This document shows positions 1 through 11,700 of a DNA stretch of 64,000 bases, in pieces. The stretch is taken from assembly GCF_009914755.1 (NCBI RefSeq), contig NC_060931.1, one strand, 5' to 3'. A program made the position numbers and the translations under genes. Numbering within the stretch: the first letter of the stretch is position 1; each line of letters begins with the position of its first letter. The notes under the pieces are model-generated. The model searched no databases, had not been told where the DNA came from, and saw only the letters and a list, made by a program, of their open reading frames with translations. The DNA comes from the human T2T-CHM13v2.0 reference genome, Homo sapiens.

Positions 1-739
1 CATCCCAGAGTAAATGCTTCTTCCTCCTGGTGGTGGTGACCTGGCTTAGAAATGCTCAGCTCACGATTGCTTGGATGGGTTGAGAAATAGTTCACAAAAC
101 TGTGCATCCTCTACTTAATTTGTTATTTAGAGGCTACTGGAGAATTATTTTTGACTCTCTGCTCTTTGCTTCATTCCCTGATTTTAGAACCTAGCCTTCA
201 GTATGATATGACACAGCTGTATTTTCTCCATAAAACAGTAACTAGATACTAAGGAAAGCAAGCATGCAGAGCTCAGGAAAGAATGCCTTCATATTAAAAA
301 TACGATGGCTGAAGTACAAATGCATTAATGCCTCTGGTGATAATTAATTACAAGTCATAATGGAAAAGAAATGTTAATAAAATAAATACACACAAATATT
401 ATTTAGAAATACATATAATGAGAGATGTATACTACTTGTAGAAGAAAAAGCAAGCTTCATTTAGTTATTTAGAAGAGAATTTTAATAAAGATACATTTAG
501 TGAAAGTGTTAAATAAAAATATAATGGCAATGAAAACAAGCCTATAGATACACATATATGCATATATATGTGAAATATGCATATGTGTTTGTACAAACCC
601 TAACAGGCTCTATTTTGTAATCAATCGAGTAAATGTGAATCCATTAGGAAAAAAAAAGAATAAGATGAGTATATATGTGTGTATACATATACAAAGTCAT
701 AAAGTGCTATCGGCCCACCAAAATTTTAAAGTGCTTTGT

Positions 740-1200
740 AAATTAATAATTTAGTCAGTGTGACATAGCTGAATAAGAATAATAAGGCATATAGATCAAT
801 GGAATAGAACACTAATAGCAGAAATATTATATTTTGCTTCTCTAGGTTTATGATGTGACAAAGTAGGTATTATAAAGGAAAGTGAAAAAATGTTTATTTT
901 ACTAGGGGAAAATGGGTTGCAATTAGGTTCAAGAGAATAGGTTCTTTAATGTGTGAAAGGATGGGCATTCCTATGTTTTAAAGCAATGGAAAATACAAAC
1001 AAATATTAAAACATGCCACAAAGGCAAAAATAAATCATCTGTACATTTCCAAATAATAGAACTAAAATTAAAAATGAATCACTGAATATCAAAGCATTTA
1101 TATCAAAGGAAAAGATTAGAGTGATTTAATTATCCTACTCTAAAGACTAATACAGCTTAATAAGATAGAGTGTACAAAGTAAAGTAGCAAGGGACAAAGA
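740..1200 (+). mobile_element. Highly degraded old L1 (L1M) ORF2 3' fragment
   Basis: 'atagatcaatggaatagaac' encodes the L1 ORF2 motif IDQWNR; the surrounding sequence is A-rich and L1-like. Confidence 0.45.
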
Positions 1201-1221
1201 ATATAAACAATTCCCACTCCA

Positions 1222-1545
1222 GGCCTGGCGTAGTGGCTCATGCCTGTAATCCCAGCACTTTGGGAGGCCGAGGCAGGTGGATCACGAAGTCAGGAGTTCA
1301 AGACCAGCCTGGCCAACATGGTGAAGCCCTATCTCTACTAAAAATACAAAAATTAGCTGGACATGGTGGCACGTGCCTGTAATCCCAGCTACTCGGGAGG
1401 CTGAGGCAGGAGAATTGCTTGAACCAGGACCCAGGAGGTGGAGGTAGTAGTGAGCAAGATCGCACCACTGGACTCCAGCTTGGGCTACAGAGTGAGACTC
1501 TATCTCAAAAAAAAAAAAAAAAGAAAGAAAAAAAAAAGAAGAAAG
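1222..1545 (+). mobile_element. Full-length AluS (AluSg-like)
   Basis: Both Alu arms and an A-tail are present; 13-bp TSD AATTCCCACTCCA at 1209-1221 and 1546-1558; 'gatcacgaagtc' shows the 2-nt-deletion diagnostic. Confidence 0.97.
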
Positions 1546-1589
1546 AATTCCCACTCCAGAGAAGACAGCAGCAGCTACATTTTGTACAG

Positions 1590-1760
1590 CTCTTGGCTAC
1601 TTATACTTCATTGTATCCCTACAGTACACTTCCCGTTTCTGAATTTTGGTTTTCTCATCTGCAAAACAAATAATAGTGGGACAATACGATAGCAGCAGAC
1701 TGTGAAATATAAAGGTATGGAAAGGTCTGAGTGGCATAGAATAAATGTTAGCTAGTATTA
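1590..1760 (+). mobile_element. MIR fragment followed by an (ATC)n tract
   Basis: MIR core 'ttttctcatctgcaaaac' and MIR 3' end 'ataaatgttagcta'. Confidence 0.65.
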
Positions 1761-1794
1761 GTATCATTATCATCATCATCATCATCTCAATGTT

Positions 1795-1920
1795 GAATCT
1801 TCACAATGATTCCATGAGAAATGCATCATTCTCCCTATTTTGTAGAACAGAAAAATTAGACTGAAGAATGTGAAACTACACATCAAGAAATAGCAAGAAA
1901 CAAGACTCTACACCCAAGTT
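1795..1920 (-). mobile_element. MIR fragment
   Basis: 'aatcttcacaatgattccatgag...ccctattttgtagaacagaaaa' resembles the reverse MIR core. Confidence 0.55.
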
Positions 1921-2769
1921 CCCTTTGATAAAGTAAGACTGCCTCAAACCCTCAAGTAATAAATTGAGGAAAGTTAAAATAATGAGTAATTTTTATATCT
2001 GCATCTCTTTTTTCTCCAACCAGCCAGGATGCTACCAGTCCCCATCAGCTGTGGGTACAAAGGAGGTTTTTTATCCCAATCCTGCTGGTGCAGTTGCAGC
2101 ACCACGGCCCTCAAGCCAGAGTTCCTTCCAGACTCCCTGTCTCTCTTGCCCTCCACACCTACACGTCTCTGGCTTGTGCCCACCTTTTAAAGCAACTCTG
2201 GGAGGCCATGCCCAGGTCCATCTCCCTGGGGTCTTCAAAGGATATTTCCTTGACTTGGGACAGGGCTAAGCACCTCCCACCAAGTAGACTAACTCCTTCT
2301 CCACAGTAGGAGCCACCAGCAGATTATAATAAAAGTCAGAGCCCAGTGCTCAGGAGCTCCACAGTGGGAGGGCAGGGGTCCCCTTCTCATCTCCAGGCTC
2401 TTGCATACTTCTCACTTTTCATCTCCTTTCACAAGAGCCAAGTCATCCCAGAAAGGCTCCTAGAGTGAATGTTTGTATTTTCAGAAGAGATCCTCCCACC
2501 TTCAGAAGCTCTGACTTAAGATAACATGTTTCTTCTTTTCAGAGCAGTACCTACAAAAGAAAGCTTGGAAACATTTTGGAGTAGGAGCTAAGACCTGAAG
2601 CTGAGCCTTCTTTTTCCGCCTTGCTGCTGCGATCATTCCTCCCTCCCCAGGCAGGTGCTAAGGGCACTGTTTGAGGGGTTCATTCCCCAGGGCCTGGGAG
2701 GTTCAGGTCAAAAGCAAGCACGAATGAGAGGTGCAGCCACATTTACTCATGTTGGAAATACTGTATTGA

Positions 2770-3270
2770 AAAAATACACTCATGATTGCTGTGGGAGAAT
2801 GGGTACGTTGACACGCTTGTAAAGTAAAACATAATATAAAACCATATCAATTTGTATCTAAAAATTGTTTTCCTTTAAGAATATACCCAAAGGATATAAT
2901 TCAAAATTGGAAAATGTATAGCACACACACATTAAATATATACTTTAAAATAATATTTATGTAGTAGAAATGAGGAAGTAAAATACATGTCTAAAGATAG
3001 GTACATAGCATTATGGTATATAAATATGATATAATATTATGAAATAAATTAAGATATGAAACTCTTAAGCATATAATGACTATACAACATATGAAAATGT
3101 TTCTGGTAGAATATTAAATTTAAAAAGCATAATAAAATATATGCTGTAATTTTTGTTTTGTTCAAAGTGCATGTGCACATGGAAAAGAGCAAAAGAGCTG
3201 CATTTCTGGTGGCTACATTTCTTTCACGTTGTTTCCTTCATATTGCTAGAATATTATTCATGCAATTAAT
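2770..3270 (+). mobile_element. Degraded L1ME-like 3' fragment
   Basis: 'gaatatacccaaagg' and 'attatggtatataaatatgatataatattat' resemble the L1ME ORF2 end and 3' UTR. Confidence 0.4.
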
Positions 3271-3550
3271 AAAAGTCAGAAGAAAATCACATTGATTCAG
3301 ATGTTGGAGTATTTACTTTGTTAAAATACAAACTTACAATCTGCAGGAAAACTTCAGCAGCAAAATCCATTCTCAAAACATCAAAAATATAAAAAACCAG
3401 GGTGACATTTAATTTTGCTTCCTTTCCTAGAAGATATTTCTAAGGACATATTCATTTGATTACTGAAATCCAGAAATGTACGGTGCCATTTGTACTTGTA
3501 TGTTTGATTTGGTTTTTCCAATGATATTTCATTTCAATGACTATTCCAGT

Positions 3551-3871
3551 GGCCAGGCTTGGTGGCTCCCACCTATAATCCCAGCGATTTGGGAGGCCAA
3601 GTGTTTTGGGATTCTCAAGGATCACTTGAGGCCAGGAATTCGAGACCAACGTGGGAACCATAGCAAGGCCCTGACTTTCTACATAAAATATATATATATA
3701 TGTTTGGGCACCATAGTGCACATCTGTAGTCCTAGCTACTCAGGAGGATGAGGCAGGAAGACTTTTTGAACCCAGAAGTTCAAAGTAACAGTGAGCCATG
3801 ATTTTACCACTGCACTCCTCCCCGGGCAACAGAGTGAGATCCTATCTAAAACAAAACAAAACAAAACAAAA
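3551..3871 (+). mobile_element. AluJ
   Basis: Diverged dimeric Alu with J-type 'ggatcacttgaggccagg' and 'gtgagccatgat'; (AAAAC)n tail. Confidence 0.92.
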
Positions 3872-5197
3872 CTAAGCAAGCATTTATAATTTTAGAATTT
3901 GGGGTATTCAAAGTTAATTTAATTTAGTTAAAATAAAAAACCTCTGCTTAACACTTGCAATGTGCAATTGCTTTTATTTTTGGCTTTGTAAAATTTGAAT
4001 TCCAATTCCAAGCTGAACAAAGAGAGATCTCTCTTAGAGGTACATGAGCATTTACAAAAAGGAGGGGACTGGTTAAAACGTGTCTTGAAAAATATAGAAA
4101 TAAAGGGAGACTTACAAAAATGCCATCAACACTTTCCACATGCAATTATCATTGTTATTATCTTATTAATAACACAAAAGTAGATAGCCTCTAAAGTAAA
4201 CGCAAGCAAACAAAGTCAAGATCAAGTGAAGATCTGCAGGTAGAATAATCCTTTGTACCAGTCCATCCAGCAACTATGTTTGAAGAAGCACTATGTTCAC
4301 AGAAAAGAAGGGATGTCTACGGGGTCTGGGCAGAAAGGATGCTAAGGAGAGAGACTGGGCCACTCTTACTCAGAAGTTCAGAGATGTGAGTGCCTTATTT
4401 ACCTACCTGTGTCTATTTAGCTCCATTTGTTTACCCTTTTGAGCATATGAATAGATGTCTTTTAGTAATACTAACTTTTATTATTGTACAGTTTCTACCA
4501 CATCCATTTATATCTGGCTCAACAACCACCAAGCTGGTTATAAGTTAGTTCCTGTGCAGAGAAAGCACATGCTGAGTAATGAATTTGTACACTCCAAGAT
4601 GCTTGGCAGCTGCATTTCTAATAAGCCAATAAACATCATTCTTATTTTGGCAACCTGTGTCTTATAGTTTTATCACTGTTAGCCTGTCTTATTTGGGGAA
4701 CCCAAGGTCCTGGGCTGGTGGAAATTGAGGCCCAGCTCCTAACTTTGATCATCTCTAATACTGATAACAGATAGTGGTTCCATGAATATATTTCAATTGA
4801 ATGGGCTGAAATAATGTCAAAGTGTGGGATTTGGCTGCAGTCACTACTGTCTCTAAAGGGCATCTGTATCTTATCATGCTAACTGCAAGACAAGCAAAGT
4901 GATGAAAGGTCTCCAAGAGATCATGAGTTTCTGCACTTGGTGTTAGAAACAAAGATGACATCAGGTTTGTTTAGGAATTATTTGACAAGAAGATGTCTTA
5001 GGAGAAGTAGTTAGGGAGCAGCCAAAATGCTGAAGGTTCCATAGAATAGGTAGACATTGAATAGGTATTAGGCCTGGGAGGAACTGAGAGCAGAATTTTG
5101 GGAAGAGATTATACCGTGCCCCTTGGGACAGTGCTCCTGAGCAGTTATTAACTATGCTGCAAGGTTCTCCTGTTGGAGCAGTGAGGGCTACATCTTT

Positions 5198-5450
5198 CTG
5201 ATTTTTGATAAAGGTGCCAAAAACAGACAATGGGGAAAAGACAGTCTGTTCAATAAATGGTGCTGGGAAAACTGGATATTCAAATGCAGAACAATGAAAT
5301 TAGGATACAGAAATCAACTCAAACAGATTGAAAACCTACATGTAAGGCCCGAAACTGTAAAACTACTAAAATAAAGGATAGGGGAACATCCCACAACATT
5401 GGCCTGGGCAATGATTTTTGGTCAGGAAACAAAAGCAAATAAATAAAAAT
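5198..5450 (+). mobile_element. L1M ORF2 fragment
   Basis: Encodes LIFDKGAK..QWGKDSLFNKWCWENW, a conserved C-terminal segment of L1 ORF2. Confidence 0.85.
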
Positions 5451-5641
5451 GTGTGATCCTTTTCTCAATTCATAGGAGGAATTTTTCATCAAATATGTCC
5501 CCAGCTGATGAATATGAAAAGCACACAGGCATCTCAGTATGTTCTGAGACTGAAATGGGTCATTTTAGCGCAAGAAGTTGGGAACTGCCATTTCAGGGTA
5601 TATAAGAAGAGATAAGCAAAGGTCTCTAGGGTTCCTCTGCC

Positions 5642-8600
5642 TTTTATTTATTTTTTTATTATACTTTAAGTTCTGGGATACCGGTGCAGAACATGCAGGT
5701 TTGTTACATAGGTATACATGTGCAATAGTGGTTTGCACTACCCATCAACCCATCATCTACATTAGGTATTTCTCCTAATACTATCCCTCCTCTTTCCCCC
5801 TACCCCCTGACAGGCCCCAGTATGTGATGTTCCCCGCCCTGTGTCCATGTATTCTAATCGTTCAACTCTCACTTATGAGTGAGAACATGCGATGTTTGGT
5901 TTTCTGTTCCTGTGTTAGTTTGCTGAGAATGATGGTTTCCAGCTTCATCAGGGTCCTTGCAAAGGACATAAACTCATCCTTTTTTATGGCTGCATAGTAT
6001 TCCATGTTGTATATGTGTCACATTTTCTTTACCCAGTCTATCACTGATGAGCATTCGGGTTAGTTCTAAGTCTTTGCTATTGTGAGTAATGCTGCAATAA
6101 ACACACATGTGCGTGTGTCTTTATAGTAGAATAATTTATAATCCTCTGGGTATATACCCAGTAATGGGATTGCTGGGTCAAATGGTATTTCTGGTTCTAG
6201 ACCCTTGAGGAATCACCACACTGTCTTCCACAATGGATGAACTAGTTTCCACTCCCACCAACAGTGTAAAAGAGTTCCTATTTTCCCACATCCTCTCCAG
6301 TGTCTGTTGTTTCCTGACTTTTTAATGATTGCCATTCTAACTGGCATGAGATGGTATCCCATTGTGGTTTTGATTTGCATTTCTCTAATGATCAGTGATA
6401 ATGATCTTTTTTTCATATGTTTGTTGGCCACATAAATGTCTTCTTTTGAGAAGCATCTGTTCATGTCCTTCACCCACTTTTTGATGGGATTGTTTGCTTT
6501 TTTCTTGTAAATTTGTTTAAGTTCTTTGTAGATTCTGGATATTACCCCTTTGTCAGATGGATAGATTGCAAAAATTTTCTCCCATTCTGTAGGTTGCCTG
6601 TTCACTCTGATGATAGTTTCTTTTGCTGTGCAGAGCTCTTTAGTTTAATTCAATCCCATTTGTCAATTTTGGCTTTTGTTGCCATTGCCATTTGGTGTGT
6701 TAGTCATAAAGTCTTTGCCCATGCCTATCTACTGAATGGTAGTGCCCAGGTTTTCTTCTAGGGTTTTCATGGTTTTATGTCTTACATTTAAATTTTTAAT
6801 CCATCTTGAGTTAATTTTTGTATAAGGTGTAAGGAAGGGGTCCAGTTTCAGCTTTCTGCATATGGCTAGCCAGTTTTCCCAACACCATGTATTAGATAGG
6901 GAATCCTTCCCTCAAAGCTTATTTTTGTCAGGTTTGTCAAAGATCAGATGGTTGTAAATATGTAGTGTTATTTCTGAGGCCTCTGTTCTGTTCCATTGGT
7001 CTGTATATCTGTTTTGGTACCACTACCATGCTGTTTTGGTACCACTACCATGCTGTTTTGGTTACTGTAGCCTTGTAGTATAGTTTGAAGTCAGACAGCA
7101 TGATGCCTCCAGCTTTGTTCTTTTTGTTTAGGATTGTCTTGGCTATATGGGCTCTTTTTTGGTTCCATATGAAATTTAAAGTAGTTTTTTCTAATTCTGT
7201 GAAGAAAGTAAATGGTAGCTTGATGGGAATAGCATTTAATCTATAAATTATTTTGGGCAGTATGGCCATTTTTGCAATATTGATTCTTCCTATTCATGAG
7301 CATGGGACGTTTTTCCATTTGTTTGTATCCTGTCTTATTTCCTTGAGTGATGGTTTGTAGTTCTCCTTGAAGAGGTCCTTCACATCAGTTGTAAGTTGTA
7401 TTCGTAGGTATTTTATTCTCTGGGTAGCAATTGTGAATGGGAGTTCACTCATAATTTGGTTCTCTGTTTGTCTATTATTGGTGTATAGGAATGCTTGTGA
7501 TTTTTGCACATTGATTTTGTATCTGAGACTTTGCTGAAGTTGCTTATCAGCTTAAGGAGATTTTGGATTGAGATGATGGGGTTTTCTAAATATACAATCA
7601 TGTCATCTGCAAACAGAGACAATTTGACTTCCTCTCTTCCCATTTGAATACCCTTTATTTCTTTCTCTTGCTTGATTGCCCTGGCAAGAACTTCGGATAC
7701 TATGTTAAATGGGAGTGGTGAGAGAGGGCATCCTTTTCTTGTGCCTCTTTTCAAAGGGAATGCTTCCAGCTTTTGCCCTTTCAGTAGGCTATTGCCTGTG
7801 GGTCTATCATAAATAGCTCTTATTATTTTGAGATATGTTCCACCAATAGCCAGTTTATTGACTGTTTTTAGCATGAAGGGGTGTTGAATTTTATCGAAGG
7901 ACTTTTCTGCACCTATTGAGATAATCATATGGTTTTTGTCTTTGGTTCTATTTATGTGATGGATTATGTTGATTGATTTGCATATGTTAAACCAGTCTTG
8001 CATCCCAGGGATGAAGCCAACTTGATCATGGTGGATAAGCTTTTTAATGTGCTGCTGGATTGGGTTTGCCAGTATTTATATTCTGGGACTCTTATAAGGC
8101 AGTCCTGATGGTGACAAAATCCCTCAGCATTTGCTTGTCTGGAAAGTATTTTATTTCTCCTTCACTTATGAAGCTTAGTTTGGCTGGATTTGAAATTCTG
8201 GGTTTAAAATCCTTTTCTTGTAGAATGTTGAATATTGGCACACACTCTCTTCTGGCTTGTAGGGTTTCTGCAGAGAGATCTACTGTTAGTCTGATGGGCT
8301 TCCCTTTGTGGGTAACCTGACCTTTCTCTCTGGCTGCCCTTAACCTTTTTTCCTTCCTTTCAACCTTGGTGAATCTGACGATTACATTTCTTCGTGTTGC
8401 TCTTCTTGAGGAGTATCTTTGTGGTTTTCCCTGTATTTCCTGAATTTGAATGTTGGCTTGTCTTGCTAGGTTGGGGAAGTTCTCCTGGATAATATCCTGA
8501 AGTGTGTTTTCCAATTTGGTTCCATTCTGCCCGTCACTTTCAGGTACACCAATCAAACGTAGGTTTGGTCTTTTCACATAGTCCCATATTTCTTGGAGGC

Positions 8601-9622
8601 TTTGTTTGTTCCTTTTCATTCTTTTTACTTTAATCTTGTTGTCATGCTTTATTTCATTAAGTTGATCTTCAATCTCTGATATCCTTTCTTCTGCTTGATC
8701 GATTTGGCTATTGATACTTATGTATGCTTCATGAAGTTCTTGTGCTATGTTTTTCAGCTCCACCAGGCATTTATGTTCTTATCTAAACTGGTTATTCTAG
8801 TTAGCAATTCCTCTAACCTTTTATCAAGGTTCTTAGCTTCCTTGCATTGGGTTAGAACATGCTCCTTTAGCTTGGAGGAGTTCGTTATTCCCTACCTTCT
8901 GAGGCCTACTTCTGTCAATTCATCAAACTCATTCTCCATCCAGTTTTGTTCCCTTGCTGGTGAGGAGTTGTGGTCCTTTGGAGGAGAAGAGGCTCTCTGG
9001 TTTTTGGAATTTTCAGCCTTTGTGCTCTGATTTTTCCTCATCTTTGTGGATTTATCTACCTTTGGTCTTTTCCGTTGGTGACCTTCGGATGGAGTTTTTG
9101 CGTGGTTGTCCTTTTGGTTGATGTTGATTCTATTGCTTTCTGTTTGTTAGTTTTCCTTCTAACAGTCAGGCCTCTCTTCTGTAGGTGTGCTGGAGTTTGC
9201 TGGGGGTCCTCACCAGACCCTGTTTGCCTGGGAATCACCAGCAGAGGCTGCAGAACAGCAAAGATTTCTGCCTGCTCCTTCCTCTGGAGCTTCGTCCCAG
9301 AGGATCATTAGCCACATGCCAGCCAGATTTCTCCTGTACGAGGTATCTGTCGACCCCTGGTGGGAGGTGTCTCCGTCAGGAGGAGACCCACTTGAGGAGG
9401 CAGTCTGTCCCTTAGCAGAGCTGAAGTGCTATGCTGGGAGGTCTGCTACTCATTCAGAGCCTGCAGGCAAGAACGTTTAATTCTGCTGAAGCTGCGCCCA
9501 CAGCCACCCCTTCCCCCAGGTGCTCTGTCCCAGGAAGATGAGAGTTTTATCTATAAGCCCCTGATGGGGGCTGCTGCCTTTTTTTCAGAGATGCCCTGCC
9601 TAGAGAGGAGGAATCTAGAGAG
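5642..9622 (-). mobile_element. L1PA7/8-like LINE-1: partial 5'UTR, ORF1, internal deletion, 3' part of ORF2, 3'UTR and poly(A)
   Basis: ORF1 remnant at 8092-8763 (WDYVKRPNLRLIGVPE); RT remnant at 7449-8003 (LFADDMIVY); C-terminal remnant at 6213-6605; L1PA 3'UTR; probable TSD core CTGCCT at 5637-5642 and 9623-9628. Confidence 0.96.
7009..7062. repeat. 22-bp perfect tandem duplication inside L1 ORF2
   Basis: CTGTTTTGGTACCACTACCATG occurs twice (7009-7030, 7031-7052), followed by CTGTTTTGGT. Confidence 0.95.
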
Positions 9623-9756
9623 CTGCCTCTTTTTTTTTTTTTTTTAGAGTTGGCTAGTCTGTCATCTCCTTTACTATAGATAAATATACTATTCTCATTC
9701 TTGCTCCACTTTCTCTCATTTTTGTGTGTACATCATTACACACAAAATATGTATGT

Positions 9757-10110
9757 GTATCGATCAGGATAGAGTAGATTATGCTGCAGTAAAAAACAAC
9801 CTACAAATTTAAGTGGTTCAAAACAACGAAGATGTTTTTCATATTCATACTTCATGCTCTTCTCTTGTCTGCCATAAGCACTCTACTCTTTGGGTCATTC
9901 AGATGCCCTGGCTGAGGCATCTGATACCATCCTGAAGATGGCCAGTCATCATGCTAGAGGGAAACAGCCCTTGAATCAGAAACCTGCTTGAAAAGCATTG
10001 GCTAGAACTTGTTACATGGTCCCATAGGATCTCAAGGGGTTTCTGAAGTGCAATCACCACAGCCCCAGATAGATGAGAACATAAATACTTGGTGAACAGA
10101 ATTAATGGCT
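9757..10110 (-). mobile_element. MaLR LTR (MLT1J/K-like)
   Basis: 'caggatagagtagattatgctgcagtaaaaaacaacctacaaatttaagtggttcaaaacaac' matches the reverse-complemented MLT1 3' end. Confidence 0.75.
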
Positions 10111-11267
10111 AATTCTGCATTTTGAATCAATGCATTTATTAAAGTAAAACCCTAGAAAACTTTTATACAACTGAGATCATTCTAGTAAAATGGTCCTTAC
10201 CATTGGGATAAAGAATAGAGTCCATGAAGAGTTAGTGAGGTCATGATGGATGGCCAGATGGCTCAGACCATGTCCTCTAGTGGACTTGGTAGCCGGATTC
10301 CTTCATTAGGTAAGATAATAATTGAATCAGAGCTTGAGAAAAGACATCAATGATGTCTAATCAATTCCTCCAGGATGTGGAAGAACAGCCATTGATTTTT
10401 AGGGAAAAAGTCATCAGTTACTAAATTCATACACACTCTTGATAGGTCTCTGGCTTGGCTTGACTAAATCAGAGGAGATTTTAAGTTCTTTAACTTTTTT
10501 CAGGGAGTGATGAGTGGAGACTGTGGATGAAAGGCAATTCACCCACAGGTAACAGCAGCACTGAAGACAAAGCCGTAGAAATGCTGAAGTGTATTTGGAG
10601 AAGAGGGAGTGCTCCAGTGTGGCTGCTGTTTTGTTATAATCAAGGTTCTTGCATTTTCTGTTTCTCTGTAGTTCGAAATAAAGTGCACGACTTAAAAAAA
10701 AAGTGATCAGAACACCTGCAAATGTAGATTAATTGTTTATCAACATACACTTTAAAAGCGACTGAACTAAACCACTTTTATCACGCTATATGATTGCATA
10801 GTTTAGGGAGAGTTTTTGGTGTATAACCCACAGTGAATGATGCAGCTGGAGGCACAATGTTGGAGATCAGGAATACCAAACTGAGGCATATGCTCCTCAT
10901 TTTCCTGGAAAAAAACTTTGTTTTTGCGGTATCTGTAATAAAATTGAAAAATGGGAGCAAAGTCATGATTACAGCAATAATCCTTGTCAATGCAAGCTTT
11001 CTCTGACTCTTCCAACAAGACAGGATCTCTCTTTCTCTGAAGGCCTTGAACACTTGACCCATTTGCCTCTCATGAAAATAGCAGAAGGTCAAGGTCCCTG
11101 AGGTTCTAGCCAAGTAATTTAAGGAAAATAACTGAGGAAAGTAATGGTGATGGTCTAAACCAAAGAACTTGTACTGAGATTAAAAATGGGATTCTTGAGA
11201 TACAAATGAGAGATATTCAGATGAGTAATATGCAAAAATTGAGAGTGGATGCAATGTCAGTGGTATT

Positions 11268-11700
11268 CTTAAGTGACTTAAGACAACACAAATGTATTAT
11301 CTTACAGTTTAGAGGTCAGATGTCCAAAATGGTTCTCACTGGGCTACATTCAAGGTATTTGGTGGCAAGGCTGTGTTCCTCTGAGGTTTCTCAGGGAGAA
11401 TCACTTCTCTTGCCTTTTCTAGTTTCTAGAGACTGCCTGCTGTCTTTGGTTTGTGACCTCTTTCTCCACACTCAAAGCCAGCAATGTAGCACCTTCCAGT
11501 CTCTCTCACACTGGTTACACTGGACTTAACTGAGTGAGTGACCCTCCTATCTAAATAGTAAGGTCATCTAGGGTGACCCTCCCATCTAAATAGTAAGCAT
11601 AACTGCCAAGTCCTGCTTTCGCTATGTAAGGTAACAAAATCGCAGGTCCCTGGGATTAGGATGAGGACACCTTTTTGGGGCCATAGTATTTCCTGCCACA
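11268..11700 (-). mobile_element. MaLR LTR (MLT1C/D-like)
   Basis: 'acaacacaaatgtattatcttacagtt..gaggtcagatgtccaaaatgg' through the terminus 'gggattaggatgaggacacc...ctgccaca'. Confidence 0.85.
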
